A DNA stretch of 64,000 nt from a virus (taxonomy: Duplodnaviria > Caudoviricetes). The notes under the pieces are model-generated. The model saw nothing but the letters and a program-made list of their open reading frames with translations, was not told where the DNA came from and did not search any database. A program made the translations under genes and the position numbers. Each line of letters opens with the position of its first letter. Positions within the stretch are counted from its first letter, which is position 1. Below, one piece after another: positions 47,304-54,648 of the stretch. The stretch is taken from the IMG/VR virus record IMGVR_UViG_3300037249_000541, positions 42,382 to 106,381 of that record. One strand, written 5' to 3'.

Positions 47304-48086
47304 TTACTTAGCCGCTTTCAGTTTCCTAAAATCGACTGTTTTGATTTTTGTTATCACTCTGTTGCCCATTCTGTCGTAGATTGGTACTTCTGGGCGCAAT
47401 ACCAATCCTTCTGCATCAAGGTTCTTATCTTCGGCTATTGCTGACTTGAAGCCAATAGATACAACATCTATTGCTTCTTCTATTGTCATTTTGCCATAGA
47501 ATGGAACTGTTGGTGCATTGAGTTTCTCGGCAATATCTTTCGTCGAATCCCACTCCAAGTACAAGTTATTGACCTTAGTGTCGAATACAATGAATGATAC
47601 GCCGTTACGAATGTAACCACCTCCGCTTTGTATTCCTGCTCCATATCCTTCTCCATAGATTGTCCATTTTGTAGGAATATCATCGATTGTTTCCCACTTA
47701 TGGTCTTTCCATTCCTCGTAAGGAATATAAGACTTCAACCCCCAAGCTGCTAATACTTTTTCAGTGGGATAGTTGTCTTCAAGGTGCTTCCTCAATGTTG
47801 GTGGAATCTGTGCGTTATCTGTTTTACCCTTGTAGTCAACTTTGAAATTAACTCCAAGAATCTGACGTATACCTTCTTTGTCTGCTTCTGAATAGACAAT
47901 CTCGATGGTTACTTCTAATCGAATATTTGTGCCATCTATCTTCTCAAAGGCAAGCCAGATGCAATTTTTAAGGTACTCGACAATTTTATCGGAGTAGTCT
48001 CCAACAATTATCAAGTCCTTTGAATCACGCTTAAAGATTGTGTTAATCTTTTGATACGTGTTCTCTGAACGTTTTTGTTTGCTCAT
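47304..48086 (-). CDS. ATP-dependent RNA ligase (Rnl2-like adenylation domain)
   Basis: EKIDGTN, YGE, F..FD, EGLV, K.K nucleotidyltransferase motifs; no OB domain. Confidence 0.88.
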   Translation of the reverse strand: MSKQKRSENTYQKINTIFKRDSKDLIIVGDYSDKIVEYLKNCIWLAFEKIDGTNIRLEVTIEIVYSEADKEGIRQILGVNFKVDYKGKTDNAQIPPTLRKHLEDNYPTEKVLAAWGLKSYIPYEEWKDHKWETIDDIPTKWTIYGEGYGAGIQSGGGYIRNGVSFIVFDTKVNNLYLEWDSTKDIAEKLNAPTVPFYGKMTIEEAIDVVSIGFKSAIAEDKNLDAEGLVLRPEVPIYDRMGNRVITKIKTVDFRKLKAAK

Positions 48087-48101
48087 AACTATTAGTTTTA
48101 A

Positions 48102-48233
48102 TTAATCCTCTGGTTCATCATCAAGGTCTTCATAAGGGCATCCTACGCAAGACCTTAATTGGCATCCATAGCATTCATCATCTTCAAATTGAAGACGACG
48201 AGCATCTTGTTGCTGTTGCTGTTGTTGTTCCAT
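48102..48233 (-). CDS. 43-aa acidic CxxC-x4-CxxC microprotein
   Basis: MEQQQQQQQDARRLQFEDDECYGCQLRSCVGCPYEDLDDEPED. Confidence 0.6.
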   Translation of the reverse strand: MEQQQQQQQDARRLQFEDDECYGCQLRSCVGCPYEDLDDEPED

Positions 48234-48263
48234 TTGTTTTTGTTGTTTGTTGTTTGTTGTTTG

Positions 48264-48416
48264 TTACATAATGTCATCTATGTCAAGACCGTCAAGGTCA
48301 TCATAGATGTCATTATAATCATCGTCTTCTTTATCGTCATCATCCCAATTATCAGGAGAATAGTATGCACATATAGTACACCATCCGTGACGACAGTATT
48401 TACATTCTATGTTCAT
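48264..48416 (-). CDS. 50-aa acidic CxxC-x4-CxxC microprotein
   Basis: MNIECKYCRHGWCTICAYYSPDNWDDDDKEDDDY... Confidence 0.6.
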   Translation of the reverse strand: MNIECKYCRHGWCTICAYYSPDNWDDDDKEDDDYNDIYDDLDGLDIDDIM

Positions 48417-48440
48417 TTTCTTTTTGCTTTAATTTGTTTG

Positions 48441-48522
48441 TATCGGTGGTGGGAATCGAACCCACACTCCTTTCGGATTCAGATTTTGAGTCTGATACGT
48501 CTGCCAGTTTCGCCACACCGAC
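48441..48522 (-). tRNA. tRNA-Leu(CAA)
   Basis: TCAGA-CTCAAAA-TCTGA, variable arm. Confidence 0.92.
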
Positions 48523-48544
48523 TTGAAATCATTTTGATATTACA

Positions 48545-48775
48545 TTATGTATTTTTAGTTTGACAATAGAAGTAAATATAGAAGTTTGTTATGACTACAG
48601 CAACAATAAATAATGCTATTGACACTGCAATTATTTCTTTCTTGTGTTTGTACATGTCTTTGAATTCTTTATCACAAGCAAGTGGAATAAAGAACAAGCT
48701 TATGATAAACAAAACCCAAAACATAATCATAAAAAACTTTACATTACCTTCAATGGTTTTTATGAATTCAATCAT
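48545..48775 (-). CDS. two-TM small membrane protein
   Basis: Two hydrophobic helices. Confidence 0.55.
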   Translation of the reverse strand: MIEFIKTIEGNVKFFMIMFWVLFIISLFFIPLACDKEFKDMYKHKKEIIAVSIALFIVAVVITNFYIYFYCQTKNT

Positions 48776-48804
48776 TTCTTTTTGCTTTTAATTATTTAAC
48801 TTAG

Positions 48805-48882
48805 TAGCGAGGGCAGGAGTCGAACCTGCAATCTCCGTAGTTGATGGCTACGGTGTGTTTATCCGTTTTCCATCGCCTCGCA
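48805..48882 (-). tRNA. atypical tRNA (initiator-like acceptor, loop CCATCAA, poor D-stem)
   Basis: GCGAGG/CCTCGC, CCGTAG-CCATCAA-CTACGG, GCAGG-TTCGACT-CCTGC. Confidence 0.55.
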
Positions 48883-48894
48883 ATTTTACTACTA

Positions 48895-49332
48895 CTATTG
48901 CTTATACCTTAATCTCAACGACAATAATGAAAATAACGTTTTCTTTTTTATTATCTTATATTCATTGCCATTAAGCGTTATTGTTCCTTTTGCCACATCA
49001 ATGATTCCGTTGTTTTGTTCAATAAAATCAATACCTAAGATTCCATTTAATCCAAAACTTTCATCAACTTCATCAATATCATTTGTTACGGCTGTTTTTA
49101 ATTTAAATTCGCAATCACTTACTTTAATTGGTAATTCATAAAAACCAGCCATTTGAACTCCATTAAGATTGCTTATTTGCATATTTTTCAAATGCTTAAA
49201 CTGTATCTTTTTCTGCATCAAAGACCTCATCATTTTGTAGTCTTTGTCATATATAATACTACTATCAGCACCTGTATCTATGCACATTGTTAGCTTAGTG
49301 GAATCTACTTCAATTTCTATCGTAATATTCAT
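48895..49332 (-). CDS. retropepsin-like aspartyl protease
   Basis: IDTGA, GILG.DF. Confidence 0.85.
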   Translation of the reverse strand: MNITIEIEVDSTKLTMCIDTGADSSIIYDKDYKMMRSLMQKKIQFKHLKNMQISNLNGVQMAGFYELPIKVSDCEFKLKTAVTNDIDEVDESFGLNGILGIDFIEQNNGIIDVAKGTITLNGNEYKIIKKKTLFSLLSLRLRYKQ

Positions 49333-49908
49333 TATAAATGTTTTTAAGTTATTAATTATATTATCAAATAATACGACGCAAGTTAAGCGACATAAAATAA
49401 GATAATATTTAATATCAAATAAAAAAAAAGGTTAAAGAAAAATGATGATAAAGAAAGAAAATAAAAAGAACGAAGGAGCGAAGCGACTGAGTGAAATAGA
49501 AAAGAGATGATGACAAAGGAGACCGCTAAGTGTCAAATATAAAAAAAGGTTAGAAGATGATGGCGTACCTATCCAATACCTTGTATTTTCCAGAAAAAAG
49601 TAGTATGGGTGAAAGCGAGGGATATATATGCAGACCCCCTACCCCCTACATTATTTTGGGTCTGTACCCCCGTATTGTTTGTGTATGAAGGTGTTTTGGT
49701 TTACTACGTAGGTAGATACTTCTTTCTGTTTGCTTTGTTTGGCATCCGCATCATCATCCTTATCTATGTTTATAGTTCTCACTTGCTATTGCTTATGACT
49801 ATTTCTTTACATATTCTATTTCTACTCTATGTCTATGTATTTAAAACTAACCTTTTTTTTTATTTGAGATACAATAATGTATTCTCACAACTTAAATTTT
49901 ACTACACT

Positions 49909-50241
49909 ATGGCAAAGCAAAACGCATCCGTAGCGACTTCGAGCAAGTTCGAGGGCTACGACCTCTCCGAGTACGATGAGATTGACAACGAGATTGTTAT
50001 GTATTTCCGTAACGACCCCAAGTTGTGGAAAGAAGCCAGTAATGGCAATGGTATGTGTCGTGTAAAACGTAACACGTTTGTGAACGCAACTGAGACAGCA
50101 GGCGTAACATCACCCTACGTTGTAAAACGCAGAACCTATCAGGGTGACGAAACCATCAGTTCTCGTTGGGAGTTTGCAGACGCTAAACCCTCAGAAGGCG
50201 ACGAGTTGACCGACATTGCCGACATCATTGCGGCTCTCTAA
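49909..50241 (+). CDS. hypothetical early protein
   Basis: ATG at 49909 (MAKQNAS); upstream part of the track ORF is low-complexity. Confidence 0.7.
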   Translation: MAKQNASVATSSKFEGYDLSEYDEIDNEIVMYFRNDPKLWKEASNGNGMCRVKRNTFVNATETAGVTSPYVVKRRTYQGDETISSRWEFADAKPSEGDELTDIADIIAAL

Positions 50242-50828
50242 TCAATCCTATTGTTCAACCATTTGCAACGGCGAATATAAATATATTCGCTGTTGCTTTA
50301 TTTTTTATACTTGCATCTATATCTATATTTATAGTTGCATTACATATCAACAATCATATCTATGTTTATAGTTGCATTGCAACTGCAAGTCCTATGAATT
50401 AGTTTCATAAATTTAATTGCAAATGCTCTTGCCAATCCAGGCCAGCCAAGTCTGCATATCCATTACAGACACAGGCCAGCCAAGTTCAGCAGATGCGTCT
50501 GTAATTGCTGTTGCATATGCTAATGTTAAATGATGTTAAATATCAGTATTTGATGCAACCTTTTTCAAATATTTTTAGTCTAAGCTTATAGTAATAATCT
50601 TACGGGTTATGCGCTTAGACTAAGTAGCATATATCGGACTACTTAGAGGCTTTGCGAAAATGGTTGCATTTGCAATTGGGTTTGCAAATAAAAACACTAT
50701 TGCTGCACGATATGTTACTGTAGGTGCAGTTGCAGGTGCATATCCTCTTTCCGCTCTAATTTTGATTACCATTAAGGTTTAGCATTTACATTATCAATAA
50801 AATACTTCTAATTTTATGCAAATATTAT

Positions 50829-50836
50829 TACCTTTG
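50829..50836 (+). promoter_or_regulatory. Bacteroidetes -7 promoter element
   Basis: TACCTTTG 35 nt upstream of ORF 50872. Confidence 0.5.
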
Positions 50837-50871
50837 CATCTGTATTATTAACTAAATAAAAGAAAGAGAAA

Positions 50872-51141
50872 ATGACATTTTATGACATAAAATATTTGTA
50901 TAAAGACGATTGTTTGCAGTGCCAATATATAACTGCCTTGTTGGATAAAAACGAGTCTATAACTGACGAAATTAAAAGAATTAATGCATATTCTGAAGAA
51001 GGCCAGCTATTGAAGGAACAATATGATATCAATCGTGTGCCATACATAATAGTATTTGATTCTAACGGCAATTATATTGGTGGAACAACAATAAACAGCA
51101 AAGATGATTTGAATATCATAATTAATAATTATATATTTTAG
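50872..51141 (+). CDS. thioredoxin/glutaredoxin-like protein
   Basis: CLQC and cis-Pro motif VPYI. Confidence 0.75.
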   Translation: MTFYDIKYLYKDDCLQCQYITALLDKNESITDEIKRINAYSEEGQLLKEQYDINRVPYIIVFDSNGNYIGGTTINSKDDLNIIINNYIF

Positions 51142-51280
51142 TGACCTATCACTTATTGCTATCTTTTTTTTCTCATCTTCTTTGTCTCTTTTCTTTTCTT
51201 TATCATCTAACCTTTTTTTTATTTTGATTAACTATATTTATTATATGTTAATCTATTGGCTATTAATTAGCTATTGATTA

Positions 51281-51339
51281 TGCCTATAATGGCAACCCAA
51301 AATAATAAGGGTTGGGAAGTTCAATTCTTCTAATAGGCA
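51281..51339 (+). ncRNA. D-armless tRNA-like element
   Basis: TGCCTAT/ATAGGCA, CAACCC/GGGTTG, GGAAG-TTCAATT-CTTCT. Confidence 0.6.
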
Positions 51340-52060
51340 CGATTAGCAGTTTTTGTATATTTTACTTATAAAATATACTGTCTTCCAAGTATCGGCATTA
51401 CGACTTGGCGCAGATTAACATAGAGTAAACTATGCTGTGGTAAAGTAAATCTATCTACGAAAAGTAGAAACATCACAAGCTTTGTGCTTCGGAACAATAA
51501 TTCATAATGTTGAAAATAACATTATTGATGTTGGTGTGCAATTCACCCGTAGATAACAAATGTATTGTACTCAATATAGTGTATGTAAATAGCTCCCAGT
51601 TTGCATACACTTAGTCTGGGACTTAGTTTAATATTTTTATGTGTTGACTACAAAGAAATGCAAATAGCCCAACATTAGACCGCATTCGGTGCGGTTAGGC
51701 TAAGTATTGTATGTGCATACATCTGGTAGTAGATGGTGCAATATGATGCCTGTTGGGATAAGGGTAACTACTGACCTGACAAACCAGTAGTAGATGTATA
51801 AGACTGACAGCCCAGAATTATATATCGAGCCGTAATAATAAATGCAGCCATTTTGAGGTGGTAATATAATTGTAGCTCAAATATCCATTATATAGACTTG
51901 AAAAATTAGTCCGAGTTAGTTGCGCTATAAATGTATGACGAATACGTATTAAATGCATTAATGATTTCGCGCAAGGAATCATATTATTACGGTGAATGAC
52001 ATCACATTTCAGCCTTCTCGTGGCGATGTCGTAAGTAAGTAGAAATACTGAAACTAATGA
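51340..52060 (+). ncRNA. candidate large structured RNA region (about 720 nt)
   Basis: No ORF of 60 aa or more in the track; dense hairpins; tRNA-like shell TATCTACG...GGTG-TGCAATT-CACC-CGTAGATA. Confidence 0.5.
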
Positions 52061-52094
52061 GATAAAAAAAATAAACTAATATAAATAAAAACAA

Positions 52095-52502
52095 ATGAAA
52101 GCAGAAGAAATGAACAATTTCTGTATCTTCCATAAAGAGCGTGGATTTATCAAATCCTGCTCTACAAAAGAAGAAGTACAGAATTGGATAGATTTCAAAA
52201 AAGAAACATTGAAATCATATCCTAACGATGCTAAATTGTCAGAGTTTGTATTAACTTTCAAAGGTTATAACCTTGGTAGCATGGATAGTCCATCAATATT
52301 AAGGAGTAATCTTGACAATGCGATAAAAAGCATTGTTTGGACTCTTGCAAACAACAACAGATTCTTGTTTAATATAGTTGCGTTTGACTTGCAAGAATCA
52401 GATTACGTAATGTTGATGCGAAGTGAAGAATCTCTTACTGATTTCAGGAAAAGAGCATCTTCGGTATTTAATCATACACCAAGATTAGCAATCGCTGAAT
52501 AA
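52095..52502 (+). CDS. hypothetical protein
   Basis: ORF with A-rich leader. Confidence 0.65.
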   Translation: MKAEEMNNFCIFHKERGFIKSCSTKEEVQNWIDFKKETLKSYPNDAKLSEFVLTFKGYNLGSMDSPSILRSNLDNAIKSIVWTLANNNRFLFNIVAFDLQESDYVMLMRSEESLTDFRKRASSVFNHTPRLAIAE

Positions 52503-52579
52503 GGCTTAGAAAGCCAGAGTTAAGCCCAATACTGTGTACTGAATTGGGCAAGAGTAATTAATTTCTAAACACATTTATT

Positions 52580-52975
52580 ATGTCAACGTTAGAAGAACGT
52601 TACGAGTATTGTAGGAAGCATCAGTTTGAAGCTCCTAAGCGTCCGCCAGAACGTGTCAATTTACTCGTAAACGGAGGCGAAATTGAGATTATGGAAGAAG
52701 GTGTACTTGTAGGAAACAACGCACCAAAGCAAGGTGTAGTTGTTAAGGTGAAGAACATTGAATCTTTCTCGGACTTTAAAAAATGGTGCGAGGGCAATTC
52801 AATTCCTACGTACTATACGAGACTCGACGAACATCTCAGGCCAGTTGGATTTCAATTCTATGATGGAATGCCATATAATGTAGATGGCTGCCATCAGACA
52901 ATTCGTCTCGACGTCAATGTTGAGGCAAATGGCGAGGATATAATGGAGATAGCACTCCGTTATTATTCCATCTGA
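52580..52975 (+). CDS. hypothetical protein
   Basis: ORF. Confidence 0.65.
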   Translation: MSTLEERYEYCRKHQFEAPKRPPERVNLLVNGGEIEIMEEGVLVGNNAPKQGVVVKVKNIESFSDFKKWCEGNSIPTYYTRLDEHLRPVGFQFYDGMPYNVDGCHQTIRLDVNVEANGEDIMEIALRYYSI

Positions 52976-53050
52976 CAACATGCCAAAACAAAGAAAAGGC
53001 TAATGTTTTCTTTGTACTATCTGATAGTTTTTCTTTAATGCTACACACAA

Positions 53051-53088
53051 CCCTGCGTTGGTCAGGCGGTTCGATTCCGCTCGCAGGG
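53051..53088 (+). ncRNA. tRNA minihelix-like element
   Basis: CCCTGCG-TTGGTCAG-GCGG-TTCGATT-CCGC-T-CGCAGGG. Confidence 0.6.
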
Positions 53089-53170
53089 GCAAACTCTAAT
53101 TACTCATTAGGATAGGCTTAAAATCTAATGAGGTATGACATGTGAAGTCTAACATTCAAAAAAGAAGAAT

Positions 53171-53524
53171 ATGGACTCAAATAAGATGGAAAATGGCAAG
53201 ATATACATAATTGTAGATGGATTTCACAATACATTTTATATTGGTAGGTTTGATTATTTCAAATTGAAAAAAGCTAATGTAAAAGGAAGTATCGTGATAA
53301 AGGATGTAATCTCAATCCTGGACCATGTATATAATGGAAAAATGCTTTTTTTCGACGAGATGAAGGAAATTTCAGATTCACATTTAGTCGCAAAAGAGTT
53401 AACTGGTCCATTTGGAACTGCATACATTTCCATTGTACAATCAATTAAGTATTTCATGTTGGTTGCCGAAAAATCGTATGGTCTTTTTAAGACTATAAAT
53501 GATATGAAAGCAGAAAACATTTAA
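53171..53524 (+). CDS. hypothetical protein
   Basis: ORF. Confidence 0.6.
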   Translation: MDSNKMENGKIYIIVDGFHNTFYIGRFDYFKLKKANVKGSIVIKDVISILDHVYNGKMLFFDEMKEISDSHLVAKELTGPFGTAYISIVQSIKYFMLVAEKSYGLFKTINDMKAENI

Positions 53525-53537
53525 AACGCAATAAAAA

Positions 53538-53867
53538 ATGGACAAAACAGAAGCTCTTGCTATCTTAAATAGCAAAGTAGAACAAGGTGTTATTGCTGTC
53601 TTTGCGCCTAACGATAGTACTGGCGGTCAAAGCTGTGTATTTAGGAAAGGTGATAAATACTATTATGCTGACAAGTCTTTCATTCCATACACTTATTATG
53701 GTGACGAAACAATGATTTTCGAGTATGACTTTGAAAATCAAGAAGTTCCAGAATGGGATGAGCTGTACACTGACCGAACTGGTAAATCACTCGAAGCTTG
53801 CATCGAGGAGTTTGCAGGTTGTAAAATTGCAAAGAAAGAGTACATCGACAGCACAAAGAAGGCATAA
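53538..53867 (+). CDS. hypothetical protein
   Basis: ETMIF...V..W.ELY motif. Confidence 0.65.
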   Translation: MDKTEALAILNSKVEQGVIAVFAPNDSTGGQSCVFRKGDKYYYADKSFIPYTYYGDETMIFEYDFENQEVPEWDELYTDRTGKSLEACIEEFAGCKIAKKEYIDSTKKA

Positions 53868-53868
53868 A

Positions 53869-54192
53869 ATGATACCACAAGAAATTCTCCGCGATATCGC
53901 ACAGGGTAAACGTCTGCTTCGCCTCGAATGGTGGGGCAGATGTTTCAGAACCTTTGCTTGGAACATAACAGTTCCGAGCATAAATCATCCACAAGTAATG
54001 TCTGTCATTAACGGCAAATGCTTCAAGAAGTGGCGTGAATGTCGTGTTTATGACATTACTAACAATCCTACTCTCTTCGACCAAGAGTGTAAGAGTTTAG
54101 CTCGAACACAAATGGTCGTTAAGAACTCTAACGTCTCTCTTGATGAGATGATGGTAGAGTTTATGCAACCCAAAGACTCAATGAACTACTAA
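53869..54192 (+). CDS. hypothetical protein
   Basis: ATG at 53869 (MIPQEILR), right after the previous stop. Confidence 0.6.
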   Translation: MIPQEILRDIAQGKRLLRLEWWGRCFRTFAWNITVPSINHPQVMSVINGKCFKKWRECRVYDITNNPTLFDQECKSLARTQMVVKNSNVSLDEMMVEFMQPKDSMNY

Positions 54193-54202
54193 ATAAATAA
54201 AT

Positions 54203-54583
54203 ATGAAAGATATTGTCAAACAAATTGTTGAAAGTAAAATTAAAAAGGTTGACTTAATATCTATCATTGTCAATGCAGTAATGACAAAACACAACTTCAA
54301 TGCAAATGATTCTACATATAAAGTTGATTCACTTATTTCTCATTTTATTAATAGAATATGTTATTTTATTAACAATGAGAAAACAGGTCAGATAACTATG
54401 GCAGAAGAAGTTGCAAAAAAGGTTGCAGATGATGATAAGTTGTATGATGACAACCTTTCTGATTATGCGCGTTGCTTGAACGCTGCAACAGAAGCAGCGA
54501 AACAAGTAGAAAGTGTATATATCAATCGACTTTCAGAATTGCAAAATAAGATTGAAATAGCGAAATACTCCAACATCCAATAA
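54203..54583 (+). CDS. hypothetical protein
   Basis: ORF. Confidence 0.6.
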   Translation: MKDIVKQIVESKIKKVDLISIIVNAVMTKHNFNANDSTYKVDSLISHFINRICYFINNEKTGQITMAEEVAKKVADDDKLYDDNLSDYARCLNAATEAAKQVESVYINRLSELQNKIEIAKYSNIQ

Positions 54584-54634
54584 AAATAAAGCAGGTAAAC
54601 ATATCAAAAATATGTGTTACTTGCTTTATTTTTT
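54582..54634. terminator. bidirectional terminator between convergent units
   Basis: AAAAATAAAGCAGGTAA...TTACTTGCTTTATTTTT. Confidence 0.7.
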
Positions 54635-54648
54635 GTTACTATCATTTG

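Larger units (their letters stand above)
49414..51230. repeat. divergent control region with four TAACC-T(7-9)-A(TA)TTT(T)GA copies and short repeats
   Basis: Minus copies at about 49415-49434 and 49533-49552; plus copies at about 49848-49867 and 51208-51227; also TCTATRTTTATAGTT x3 and CAGGCCAGCCAAGT x2. Confidence 0.7.

Noticed and set aside
171-48791. Plus-strand track ORFs antisense to the leftward genes
   Set aside because: Shadow ORFs of real minus-strand genes or RNAs
49609-49908. N-terminal hydrophobic extension of track ORF 49609-50241
   Set aside because: Low-complexity T-rich control sequence; real start most likely ATG 49909
53121-53134. 14-nt match AAATCTAATGAGGT with the minus strand near 40291-40304
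   Set aside because: Single short AT-rich match that could be chance; no further similarity seen
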